Origin: Octopus sinensis
Lineage: Eukaryota
Reading direction: 5' to 3'
Assembly: GCF_006345805.1 (NCBI RefSeq)
Contig: NC_043014.1
Location: forward strand, 39,866,001 to 39,930,000
Length of the DNA stretch: 64,000 bases
In this document: positions 52,485 through 64,000 of the stretch, in pieces
How the letters are laid out: each line of letters begins with the position of its first letter
Numbering within the stretch: position 1 is the stretch's first letter
Translations under genes and position numbers: made by a program
Notes under the pieces: model-generated
Told to the model about the DNA's origin: nothing
Seen by the model: only the letters and a program-made list of their open reading frames with translations
Database searches by the model: none

Positions 52485-52860
52485 ATCGTTTAATGTCCAT
52501 TTTCCATACTAGCATGGGTTGGATGGTTCAACCGGGGTCTGGGAAGCCAGGAGGCTGCACCAGGCTCCAGTCTGATCTGGCAGTGTTTCTACAGCTGGAT
52601 GCCTTTCCTAACGCCAACCACTCCCTGAGTGTAGTGGGTGCTTTTTACATGCCATTGGCACAGGGGCCAGAGGAGGCTGGCAACATCCACGATTGGTTGG
52701 TGCCTTTTACGTGCCACTGGCATGGAAGCCAGTCAAGGTGGTGCTGGCATAAGCCACATTTGGATGGTGATTTTTACATACCACCAGCATAGGTATCACA
52801 ACTACAATTTCCATTTGATTTTTATTTTGATGTTTATGTACTTGACTCAATAGGTCTCCT
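52485..52860 (-). mobile_element. Family B
   Basis: Core plus three modules. Confidence 0.85.
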
Positions 52861-52980
52861 GCAGGTTTAATGGGAAAAACTTGCTTCTCAAACATATGAC
52901 TTTTGGTTCAATCCCACTACAAAGAAAAGCTTGGGCAAGTGTTTTCTACTATAGCTCCAGACCGACCAAAACCTGTATAT

Positions 52981-53262
52981 ATCATCATCGTTTAAAATCT
53001 GCTTTCCATGCTGGTCGGCACAAGTTGGACGGCTTGACTGAGGACTGGCAAGCCAGAGGGCTGCACCAGGCTCCAAATTGATTCGACAAGGTTTCTACAG
53101 CTGGATGCCCATCCTAACACCAACCACCCCGAGAGTGTAGTGGATGATTTTTATGTGCCACCAGCACAAGGGGCAGTCAGGTGGCACAGGTAACGATCAC
53201 GCTCAAATGGTGCTTTATATGTGCCACCGGCACGGGAGCCAGTCAGGTGGCACTAGCACTGA
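52981..53262 (-). mobile_element. Family B
   Basis: (cat)n tail, core, two modules. Confidence 0.82.
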
Positions 53263-53284
53263 GCACATTCATATATATATGTAA

Positions 53285-53477
53285 AGGAGTGGCTGTGTGG
53301 TAAGTAGCTTGCTTACCAACCACATGGTTCCGGGTTCAGTCCCACTGCGTGGCATGTTGTGCAAGTGTCTTCTTCTATAATCTCGGGCCGACCAAAGCCT
53401 TGTGAGTGGATTTGGTAGACGGAAACTGAAAGAAGCGCGTCATATATATGTATATGTATATTGTGTGTGTGTGTATG

Positions 53478-53518
<41 letters not shown>

Positions 53519-53724
53519 ATGTTTGTGTCTGTGTTTGTCCCCCTAGCATTGCTTGACAACCGGTGCTGGTGTGTTTACGTCGCCGTCATGTAGCGGTTTG
53601 GCAAAAGAGACCGATAGAATAAGTACTGGGCTTGCAAAGAATAAGTCCTGGAGTCGATTTCCTTGACTAAAGGCGGTGCTCCAGCATGGCCGCAGTCGAC
53701 TGAAACAAGTAAAAGAGTAAAAGA
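53285..53724 (+). mobile_element. SINE family A
   Basis: Full-length match. Confidence 0.9.
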
Positions 53725-53900
53725 AAGGCGAATATGTGTTTGTGTTGTGCTTGTCCCTAACCACCACTTGACAACTGGTGCTGGTTTATTTACATCTACG
53801 TAACTTAGTGCTTTGGCAATAGAGGCTGACAGAATAAGTATCAGGTTTAAGAATAACTACTGGGGTCAAATTATTCAACTAAAACCCTCAAGGCATGCTC

Positions 53901-54293
53901 CTTTACTTGTTTCAGTCATGTGACTGTGGCGATGCTTGAGCACCGCCTTTAGTCGATCAAATCGACCCCAGGACTTATTCTTTGTAAGCCTAGTACTTAT
54001 TCTATCGGTCTCTTTTTTGCCAAACCGCTAAGTTACGGGGACATAAACACACCAGCATTGGTTGTCAAGCGATGTTGGGGGGACAAACACAGACACACAA
54101 ATATGCACATACATATATATATATATACATATACACGACGGGCTTCTTTCAGTTTCCATCAACCAAATCCACTCACAAGGCTTTGGTCGGCCCGAGGCTG
54201 TAGCAGAAGACACTTGCCCAAGGTGCCACGCAGTGGGACTGAACCCGGAACCATGTGGTTCGTAGGCAAGCTACTTACCACACAGCCACTCCT
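53901..54293 (-). mobile_element. SINE family A
   Basis: Full-length match. Confidence 0.9.
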
Positions 54294-54466
54294 GACTGCA
54301 GTGCAATGACCAAAACAAGTAAAAGATAAAAGGACATTTCCAAAGTTAATACAACATCCAAGACAGTTTAAAGGAGAATAATTGACATCTGCAAACCTAA
54401 CAGTTTAACAGTTATGGAAGCAGAAACATTTGGGCATGTAATTTTCCCAAAATATATTTTCCATAT

Positions 54467-54873
54467 AGGCGCAGGAGTGGCTGTGTGGTAAGTAGCTTGC
54501 TTACCAACCACATGATTCCGGGTTCAGTCCCACTACGTGGCATCTTGGGCAAGTGTCTTCTGCTATAGCCTCGGGCCGGCCAATGCCTTGTGAGTGGATT
54601 TGGTAGATGGAAACTGAAAGAAGCCTGTCGTATATATATATATATGTATGTGTGTGTATATGTTTGTGTGTCTGTGTTTGTACCCCTAGCATTGCTTGAC
54701 AACCGATGCTGGTGTCTTTACGTCCCTGTCACTTAGCGGTTCAGCAAAAGAGACCAATAGAATAAGTACTGGGCTTACAAAGAATAAGTCCCGGGGTCGA
54801 TTTGCTCGACTAAAGGCGGTGCTCCAGCATGGTCACAGTCAAATGACTGAAACAAGTAAAAGAGTAAAAGAGT
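54467..54873 (+). mobile_element. SINE family A
   Basis: Full-length match. Confidence 0.9.
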
Positions 54874-55549
54874 ATATCACAAAATACATTTGCCTGAATG
54901 AGAACAGAAAATGAAACCAGCCCAATATTTTTTACTCCTATTGCTTTTATGTCACTTGTACATCTGTCTTTTGTTCACCCACTCCCAACTCTCACCCCCC
55001 CCCGGCACACCACCTACATATTTTCTGTGATCTATCCACAAGTTTGTTACACAGCTGTTCTCATCCCTTCCTGTATTTACACTTATCACCTCCTACTTCC
55101 TGAGCCTCTCCTAGTCTTCCACTGCCCCCCTCACTGATATTCATCACTGACCCCCCACCCCAACCCTTAGTTCCGTTTACTACATTCACCTCTATACTCA
55201 TCTCAGTAAGCCTCACCATTAACTCATATGAACTCCCAGTCGTGTCTTATATTATAAAATCTCTGTCTCTTCCTATAACTTTGCTCTTCAAACCTCAATA
55301 TCTTCTTTCACTAAACTGTCTTTTGTCCCTAGCTCTTACTCTGAATTCACTCATCACTATTTTCTGTCCTGTGTTTAAACCATCACAAGAGAAATACTTA
55401 GTATATGCTCTAAAGAACATATCTCCCCACAGTTCCTGATTCTTTGTCCATATTCTCTCATATCCAAGTTCATGTCTGAGAGTACACTCTGATACCTCAT
55501 CACCACCATCTTTACCATCTTCCCAGCTTCTCCCACCCTCTTATAATGT

Positions 55550-55780
55550 GGCGGCGGGCTGGCAGAAACGTTAGCAGGCCGGGCGAAATGCGTAGCCATA
55601 TTTCGTCTGCCGTTACGTTCTGAGTTCAAATTCCGCCGAGGTCGACTATGCCTTTCATCCTTTCGGGGTCGATAAATTAAGTACCAGTTACGCACTGGGG
55701 TCGATATAATCAACTTAATCCCTCTGTCTGTCCTTGTTTGTCCACTCTATGTTTAGCCCCTTGTGGGTAATAAAGAAATA
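55550..55780 (+). mobile_element. SINE family C monomer, young (MetaSINE-like core)
   Basis: A-box-like tggcagaaacg, B box gagttcaaattc, core gcctttcatcctttcggggtcgataaattaagtaccag; TSD tataatgt(gg). Confidence 0.88.
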
Positions 55781-56072
55781 TATAATGTGGATTAGCTTTG
55801 TATCTCCCCTATTGTAAGATACCTGTGCCTGTCCCTCTATCATACTTTAGCCTCTCGTCACTTAGAGTAATGCTACCTCCCTCTCTACTACAAACCCACT
55901 TAGTTGTGGGTCTTTACTTTGTCTTCGGGTTACTTGACAACCTTTCTAGTGTTGGTGCTCTCCCAACAAAGCATCCAGCACATTCTATAAAGAGATTGGT
56001 GTTAGGAAGGGCATCCAGCCACAGAAAGCATGCCAAAACTGATACTGGAGCTCAACACAGTCCTCTCCTCCT

Positions 56073-56256
56073 CATCATCATCGTTTAACGTCCACTTTCC
56101 ATGCTAGCGTGGGTTGGACGGTTCAACTGGGATCTGGGATGCCAGAAGGCCGCACCAGGCCCAGTCTGATCTGGCAGTGTTTCTACAGCTGGATGCCCTT
56201 CCTAACGCCAACCACTCCGTGAGTGTAGTGGGTGCTTTTTACGTGCTACTGGCACC
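56073..56256 (-). mobile_element. Family B, 5'-truncated
   Basis: (cat)n tail and core. Confidence 0.85.
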
Positions 56257-56702
56257 AAACTGTCCAGCACATGCTAGCAAGGAAGACAGACGTTAAAGGA
56301 TGATCATTCACACACACACACACATTACATACAAACATAGATTATATGTAGAGGCTATGTCCATGGTCCGAGGATGAGGAAGGATGATCAAGGTTCCTGG
56401 AAGTCTGTGATGGTAATGGCTAGACAGTTAGCCACTGAACTAATCACCTGCCAATCGGGAGAACACAGGAACCAAAGAGACTTAATTCTCAGCAGGGAAT
56501 AGGATAAACAGATGGTTGAGAATATTGTCTTTCTCTAGTGACGAATTTAACACCTAACAGAAAATAGTGATTAGTGAATTCAGAGTAAGAGCTAGACAAG
56601 ATAGTTTAGTGAAAGAAGATATGGAGGCTTAAAGGGCCATTGAACAGTTGTAGCTTCAACAAAGTTAAAAGTTGAAGTATTTGACCGGATAGAAGAGACA
56701 GA

Positions 56703-57124
56703 GGATCTTTTCGGTTTGAACAGCAGTTTTTTCTAACAGTGTCATATGAAATCGTCACCCATAATTATGGCCCTAGTATCGATCTATTGCATTTCAATCT
56801 GTTTTAGGCTTAGTTAGGGTTTAGGGGTGAGGGGAACAGTATCTTTTTTTCTTCACAAATGTAAATAAACCCAATCTGTTTCTTAAACGAGGGACATATT
56901 CATACGGTACAGAATGTTATTTACCTCAATAGACGTATTTGATTGGTTGAAATTGCAGAAATTGAAGAAAAAAAACAACAAATATCTTACAAACTATAGA
57001 ATTTTCTCAATAAAGCCAAGAGAAAAAGATGTTTTATAAACACATTCTACCAGTATATGAAGTTTAAAATTTTTTAGTTACCTAGGAATTATGTTAAAAA
57101 TTACCGTTCAAACCGAAAAGATGC
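56703..57124 (+). mobile_element. GG-terminal MITE (Merlin- or Mutator-like) with internal TTAGGG-like tract
   Basis: TIR ggatcttttcggtttgaac...; 8-bp TSD gagacaga; strand is relative orientation only. Confidence 0.85.
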
Positions 57125-57643
57125 GAGACAGACTTATAACAGAGGACAATGTGGAGTTCATATGAGTTAATAGCGAGGTTTACTAACAAAATCTGTGGCA
57201 GGTGCGAGGTCTCAGCCACATTGAAGATGACATGTTTGTAGACTGTAGATACAAGCCATAGAAACGAAGAAACAGACTTAAAAAGACAAGATGGCAAGAA
57301 GAGAATTCAGGTATATTTAGTGACAAGAAAAGCAGAAAGTAGGAAGTAATGCCAATGTTCTAAATCAGGAGGTATTCCAGATTGCAAGACAGAGTACTAC
57401 AGATATTGAAATATCAATGGGAAAAAAAAAAGTATAATGAATGATAATGACACAACTTCACAGTGAAAAGCAACATGACAATGCTTTTATAAGCTGTTGA
57501 ATGAGAGAAAGAAGGGTTGCCAAGTAGTGCCCACAGAAGGCCTATCAAATCATGCTGATAAAAACCATGGTTACATATGCAACTGAGGATATGAAGGCAG
57601 GAAAGGTAACTGTTCATTAAGAACAGTTACTAAAATGCTTAAA

Positions 57644-57958
57644 CCCTTTAGCATTCACCTTATTCTATTGAAACTAATGCTTATTTAATCATCATCATTG
57701 TTTAACATCCGTTTTCATGCTAGCATGGGTTGGACGGTTCAACCAGGGTCTGGGAAGCCAGGAGGCTGCACCAGGCTCCAGTCCGATCACATTGTTTTGA
57801 ATTCATTATGCATTATCCTGTAGCTTTGAGATTTTGATGAGGTTACTTAATTTTTAGAATGATATTGTAGGATTAGTGTGAGAGGTCAGATCTAGCAAGT
57901 TTGAGTGTATAACAGGTAGAATATTTGGGTCAGATATGGCCAGTTTAAAGCTAAAGGG
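57644..57958. mobile_element. piggyBac-like MITE P2 with a short family B insertion (57688-57787)
   Basis: CCCTTTAGC...GCTAAAGGG|TTAA. Confidence 0.78.
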
Positions 57959-57974
57959 TTAAAAAAAATCTAAC

Positions 57975-58303
57975 AAAGTAGGGCATAATGCTAGTCCCTC
58001 ACATAATCAATCAGGTAGTAAAGGAAGGTGTCATATCCAAAGACTGAAGTAATAGTATCATTGTCAACTGCTACACGGGTAAATGAGATTCCTTAGAAAG
58101 CAGAAATTACAGAAACCTCAAACTGTTGGACCAAGTTATAAAAGTTAGAGAAAGAGATATGGTACAATTAAGGACAGTTTGATTTTGTGCTAAGAAGTAA
58201 TACTTCTTAGCATCCTAGTGATGCTATCCTAGTGAGACAACTGCTGGAGAAGTACTAAGGGGTAAACCTCTATACCTAGCATTTGTCAACTTGATGAAGG
58301 TCT
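57975..58303 (+). pseudogene. Decayed RTE-clade reverse transcriptase fragment
   Basis: DSLESRNYRNLKLLDQVIKV...QFDFV...DAILVRQLLEKY...KPLYLAFVNLMKVF. Confidence 0.7.
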
Positions 58304-58307
58304 TTAA

Positions 58308-58528
58308 CCCTTTAGTGTTCAGATTAATCTGTTAAATGTAATACATTTTTCACTCAAATTGTTTTGAATTAATTACACATTATCTTACAGCTTTGAAGTT
58401 TTAATGGTGTGATAGTTTATTCTTAGAATGTCAATGTAGGTTAGGTGTGAGAGGCTAGATATGGCCAGTTTGAATGTAAAACATGTAGGATATTTGGGCC
58501 GGATATGGCCAGCTTAAACACCAAAGGG
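58308..58528. mobile_element. piggyBac-like MITE family P2
   Basis: TTAA|CCCTTT...AAAGGG|TTAA. Confidence 0.82.
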
Positions 58529-58680
58529 TTAAGGGTAGTAGCTCTGTGTGCATGTGTGTGTGTTGCTTATAGTGCATAACTTAGACTTGAGTTTAAATTG
58601 ATAAGATTGTGCAGATTCAAGTCGTTTTGCTGAAAAGAACGTTTGTCAAGAGAAGTTGATGTTGTTGGGAGTAATATTAA

Positions 58681-58893
58681 CCATTTAGCATTTCAATCAG
58701 TCATATCTGGCCCAAATATTCTACTTGTTTTATGTTCAAACTGACCAAATCCAGCCTCTACCATCTACCTTAAAATGTCATTCTAAAAATAAGCAATTAC
58801 ATAATGCAAATCTTGAAACTACAAACGAAATAATGGCTGATTAATTCAAAATAAATAAGCATTACATTTGACAGTAATCTGAATGTTAAAGGG
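58681..58893. mobile_element. piggyBac-like MITE family P2, inverted relative to 58308-58528
   Basis: TTAA|ccattta...taaaggg|TTAA. Confidence 0.78.
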
Positions 58894-59499
58894 TTAAACT
58901 ATGGAGAAAAGAACAAAGGACAAAGCCCAACTGCAGGAAATGCCAAGCAGTAAATAATCTCTTAAGTAAATAATTTCTAAAGGAAAAGTATGCTGACTGC
59001 CTAGAATTGGTTGAAAGTGTAGAATATAAAAGAAAAGATGGATATATTGTAATAACATTACTTGTAATGTTACAAAAAAAAAGAAAAGAAAAAAAAGGGG
59101 TGAACAGAAGAGAAATATGAAATTAGTCAATCTTTCAAATTTTCAGTTTTTAATTTCAATGGGCGGAACCAGAGATTTTTCAGAAGGCATTCTTTAGCTC
59201 TACATTAGGAAAAAAAAAAAAAAAAAATTCACAGAAGATTCCCTCTGATTTAGATGATAAGACTATGCACAGATTCATAGTTTTATGATAAAACTGGAAA
59301 AGCAGCATAAGACACCTATTTTTTTTTTCTATTTTTTCATGCCAAGAACAGTAAAACTGGAGAAAACAGAAAGAAAAACTGTCTGTATTAATAAATAGGA
59401 TATGAAGCAACATTTCAGTACAGTTTTGTGGTTTAGCTGGAGGAATTAAATCTAAGTGCTGTTGTTATTTTTAAAAGAAATAACGATTGCAAAATCAGA

Positions 59500-59843
59500 A
59501 AAATTTTCTTTATTGTTTACTTGATTCAAAATGATGACAGTACTTAATTTTTTTTTTTCCAAAGCCTGGTATTTATTTTATCAATCTCTTTCGCTGAACC
59601 ACTAAGTTAAAGGGACGTAAACAAATCAACAATGGTTTTCAAGTAGTGGAGAACAAACACAAATAGAAAGACACACACACGTATGTATGTGTATACACAC
59701 ACACACAATTGGTTTCCACATAGTTTCAGTCAACCAAATTCAATTGGCCCAGGGCTATAGAAGACATTTGCTCAAGGTGCCACGCAGTGAGATTGAACCT
59801 GAATCCATGTAGTTGGGAAGCAAACTTCTTAACCATACAACCA
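59500..59843 (-). mobile_element. SINE family A, old copy
   Basis: Diverged match. Confidence 0.7.
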
Positions 59844-60039
59844 TTGTTCAATGCCACTTTTAAAAGGCTGGATGTACGGAGAAGGCATACCTTTAAGATG
59901 AGAAAAGTAGATAAAAAAAAAGATCCAGAGCACTTATAAAATAAAAGAAACCTGCAATGCTGGCATGGAACCAGTTTATAGAATCACTTTAATGAGCCAG
60001 TGAAACACTTTAAAAGATTATGGAAAATTCATCAAACAT

Positions 60040-60300
60040 TAATAATCTTGTATGGTTTGGCAAGTGTTCCTTTTAGCCTCTTGATGATGTTTTTCAACAA
60101 ACCATTTAAGGTTTGAATAACCTATGAAATGATCAGGATGCAACTACAGACATCGGCCACAAATTTAGATTAAGATGATAAAATGATGAATAGATAGGAT
60201 GGGACACAGATGAAAAGATAAATAATGAAGAATGGTTAGAATTGTTTTCAGAACTGGATGATGAATCAGACTTTGATGAGTTTGAAGCAATAAACTCATG
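60040..60300 (+). pseudogene. pogo/Tigger-like DDE transposase relic
   Basis: Frameshifted GLASV / *PLD / FNKPFK resembles the pogo GLTSxLQPLDVxxNKPFK motif; acidic tail ELFSELDDESDFDEF. Confidence 0.5.
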
Positions 60301-60524
60301 AGGATACTTCATGATCAATGACGGAGCAAAAACAGAAGCCATGTCAGTTTTATTAAAGAGTTTTAGAATTTGTAGCATTATTATTATATTGGTTTCTACA
60401 AGATATATAAATTACAATGGGTGTACATGGGGCTAGAGGTCATATAAATGCATAGTATATACTGAGTCTTTAGCTCCAAAATGCAAAAAGTAGATCATAT
60501 ATCAAGATCGTTTTGTATTCTGTG

Positions 60525-60572
<48 letters not shown>

Positions 60573-60619
60573 CACACACATTTTTGGTCCTTGTCAATGA
60601 TGTGTACCACGTTTTTGGG

Positions 60620-60977
60620 ATTGCTGTGTGGTTGAGAAATTTGCTTCCAAACCACATGGTTTCAGGTTCAGTCCTACTGTGCAAGCCTTGGTCAACTGTC
60701 TGGCACTATAGCCCTGGGCCAATCAAGGCCTTGTGAGTGGATTTGGTAGATGGAAACTGAAGGAATCCCATTTGTGCATATGTATGTATGCATGTGTGTA
60801 CCCATGTCTTGGTTATAAACATGCATGTTCAGTCTTCTGAAAAAATCCTGTCTGGCTTTTGGAAACAGGTGAGGGTTGGCAACAGGAAGGGCATTTAGCT
60901 GTAGAAAATCTACCTCAACAAATTGTCTGACCCATGCAAGAATAGAAAAGTAAACAGATGATGATGATGATGATGAC
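60620..60977 (+). mobile_element. Old SINE with family A head and family-B-like tail
   Basis: A head then gagggttggcaacaggaagggcatt...(gat)n. Confidence 0.7.
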
Positions 60978-61744
60978 ACTTTGCATATACACTATAAAAC
61001 ATTTTATCAGCAAAGAATCAGAATTTAACAAATTATCAAACATTGGTGAGAACAAATGCATTACGTCAACAACCCATCTTTCTTCTTTTTTTTTTTTTAG
61101 ATAGAATCACTGATTTTTGTCACCCATCATCCACCACCACCACAACCATCCAATTTCTGACCATGGCCAGCTGGTCTAATCTTATGGATTCAGACAATTT
61201 GTTTTCACATTTTCATCTTTCCTCAAATTCAAATGTCGACACATACAATACAAATCAAAATTTTAAATATTACAATTTTAAAAAAGAATCGCTTCCAATC
61301 TGGGCTGTTTGACCCACAATACATTCCATCCATTAGATAATAACTAAAGGATACCTAGTAATTCTCTATCAGAGGTACTAATTTTTTTTTAATTAATAAA
61401 GTATCAGTACAATGAAGCATTTCTCAGTAGCAAGCTCTATTTTTATTTAATCATACTATTCTATGGTGTTTATATACATGGTGATAGAAATATCTATTGT
61501 AAGTCTTTATAAATTGTATTTATTATTTTCAACATTATTATATTGCAACAATATGTATCTAATTGTTTTATCATAAATTGTATCAAATTTTATTAATTTT
61601 CTTTTATATTGTTCACTTATTAATTCGTATTCATATTCTATGTGTTGGAATTTTAATTTGAAAAATAGAAAGGATGGTCACAGTTGGATTGCTTTTGTTC
61701 TTTAATGTAAAAAATTTCTGAGTACAAAATAATGGGAAATTTGG

Positions 61745-61866
61745 CCGCAGAAACATTGCCAGATTAGACTGGGCCTGGTGCAGCCTTCTGGCTTCCCAGA
61801 CCCCAGTTGAACCATCCAACCCATGCCAGCATGAAAGGCGGACGTTAAACGATGATGATGATGATG
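61745..61866 (+). mobile_element. Family B 3' fragment, followed by an old SINE A 3' half (to ~62080)
   Basis: (gat)n tail. Confidence 0.8.
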
Positions 61867-62102
61867 TGTGTCTTTGTGTTTGTTTGTCCTTTCACCATAA
61901 CTTGACAACCAGTGTTGGTTTATTTATGTCGCTGTAGCTTAGCGGCTCGGCACAAGACCGATAGAATAGATACCAGCTTTAAAAATAAGTACCAAGGTCG
62001 AGTTGTTCAACATGTAACCTTCAAGGAGGTGCCCCAGGAAGGCCGTAGTGAAATGACTGAAACAAATAAACACTAAAAGACATGATTGAGAAGTTTATGT
62101 TC

Positions 62103-62524
62103 GGATCTTTTCGGTTTGACCGGCAGTTTTTTCTAGGGGTGTCATATGAAATTTTCACCCATAATTATGACCCTAGTATCGATCTATTGCATTTCAATCT
62201 GTTTTAGGGTTAGGGGTGGGGGAAGGGTATCTTTTTTTTTTTCACAAATGTAAATAAACCCAATCTGTTTCTCAAACTAGGGACATATTCATACGGCACA
62301 GAATGGGGTTTTTTTTTTACCTCAATGGACGTCATTGATTGGTTGAAATTGCAGAAATTGAAGAAAAAAAAACCAACAAATATCTTACAAACTCTAGAAT
62401 TTTCTCAATAAAGCCAAGAGAAAAAGATGTTTTATAAACACATTCCACCAGTATACGAAGTTTAAAAGTGTTTAGTTACGTGGAAATTATTTTTAAAAAA
62501 CTGTCGTTCAAACCGAAAAGATCC
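62103..62524 (+). mobile_element. GG-terminal MITE (Merlin- or Mutator-like)
   Basis: TIRs ggatcttttcggtttga / tcaaaccgaaaagatcc; 9-bp TSD tttatgttc. Confidence 0.88.
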
Positions 62525-63002
62525 TTTATGTTCTTATAAATGTGGAGGAAAAAAATACTTCCATAAATAAAGACAAAAAAAAAACGTTCGCAGTTGGAAC
62601 ACTTTCATTCTCAAGAGTATTTGATGAATTAAATACTTTGATCACAGAAATTTGCATATTTTTAATTGAATGTGAAAAGAACAAAGCAAACCTTATTGAT
62701 TTGTTTTTTGTCAAATGATAACTGCATTTAGTGCACTCATCTGATATGGACGAGTGCTAACACAAGCATCAGACTTACCATTAAAGTGATTGAATATCTT
62801 AACAGTATTTATTGTTCATACCCTAATCAATATTCTTTGTTTGACTTTAAGGGACTGTGTATTCAGTTTTATTTTTTTTATTTTCGTATATTTTTTTAAT
62901 GGAAAAATGATTCTAATGCTTAGGGTGTTCAAATTTGTTCCACTGTATAGAAATATGTGTTGTAATAATTTTCATTATGTAATGAGAGTTGTTTCAATAG
63001 AA

Positions 63003-63427
63003 GGAGCTTTTCGGTTTGAACGGCAGTTTTTAACATAATTTCTAGGTAACTAAAAAATTTTAAACTTCGTTTACTGGTAGAATGTGTTTATAAAACATCT
63101 TTTTCTCTTGGCTTTATTGAGAAAATTCTATGGTTTGTAAGATATTTGTTGTTTTTCTTCTTCAATTTCTGCAATTTCAACCAATCAATGACGTCCATTG
63201 AGGTAAAAAAAAAACATTCTGTGCCGTATGAATATGTCCCTCGTTTAAGAAACAGATTGGGTTTATTTACATTTGTGAAAAAAAAAAAGATACCTTCCCC
63301 CTAACCCTAACCAACCCTAACCCTAAAACAGATTGAAATGCAATAGATCGATACTAGGGTCATAATTATGGGTGACAATTTCATATGACACCGCTAGAAA
63401 AAACTGCCGTTCAAACCGAAAAGATCC
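63003..63427 (-). mobile_element. GG-terminal MITE, inverted copy
   Basis: Same TIRs; 8-bp TSD caatagaa; (ccctaa)n at about 63297-63326. Confidence 0.88.
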
Positions 63428-64000
63428 CAATAGAATTATAACTAGGAATTGAAAAGAATTTCCTTATGTTGAAAAATGTTGTATTTCACCCCTATCTACT
63501 TCTCTCTCTCTCTCTCTCATTCTCCACACACACACACAGATGAGTGGACAAACAAAAAAAAGTGGCATTGAACACACTTAGTAAGGAGATACATTATAAA
63601 CGGTTTGACTCAGCTCCGTATGACTTGAAGTTTCGTCAGTTCGTAGGACAAACCCATCTCATCATATATCGAGGGAAGACTCTTCCTCAGGTATCTGATC
63701 ATATGGAGCTGAGTCAAGCTGTTAAAAACAGGTGATGCCTAGCGGAAGGGCATCCTGCTGTAAACAATGCAATACTATATATCCCGTTAATCCATGCTAG
63801 CATGGAAAAAATATACGTAAAAATGTACGGTACTTGATATACATATTACACACACACATACAAAACGTACAAACAAACAAACACTATATTACGTTTATAC
63901 ACAATTTAGGTATTTATACTATACTTACAGTATGTATTTTTTCGCCAGCAAAAAAAGTTATACAACTGCATCAAGGGCCGAGAGGTTTGTGCATGGCATA

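Noticed and set aside
52233-52792. Lys/Glu/Arg-rich ORFs
   Set aside because: Translation of a (GAA)n tract running into a family B element.
60133-60378. Ser-rich minus-strand ORF
   Set aside because: Antisense to the acidic tail of the pogo-like relic; no recognisable domain.
63295-63328. Telomere or chromosome fusion relic
   Set aside because: Only a few CCCTAA units, located at a fixed internal position of a MITE.
62103-63427. Single composite transposon bounded by two MITEs
   Set aside because: Each MITE has its own distinct TSD, so these are independent insertions.

Overview
AT-rich, repeat-saturated eukaryotic non-coding DNA (large intron or intergenic). I recognise the repeat families as those of Octopus (coleoid cephalopod) genomes; this is pattern recognition, not a database result. 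No host protein-coding exon, rRNA, genuine tRNA or CRISPR array can be supported, and nearly all listed ORFs are chance readings through SINEs and microsatellites. Family labels below are my own. Content: about 20 young plus several old copies of a tRNA-headed ~400-bp SINE (A); an RTE-tailed (GAT)n element (B); a tRNA-headed MetaSINE-like element (C); a further tRNA-headed SINE group (D); decayed RTE-clade LINE fragments; TTAA-flanked piggyBac-like MITEs; hAT/Charlie-like MITEs with 8-bp TSDs; non-autonomous Helitrons; a GG-terminal MITE with 8-9-bp TSDs carrying TTAGGG repeats; a pogo transposase relic; and micro/minisatellites. The best candidate for something undescribed is a ~490-bp fold-back insertion at 13681-14172, in which each arm is a tRNA-headed SINE ending in a Penelope-type minimal hammerhead ribozyme motif. 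Also notable are a reiterated hairpin/pseudoknot-like module inside family B and several closely spaced inverted repeats that would be dsRNA (ADAR) substrates if transcribed.
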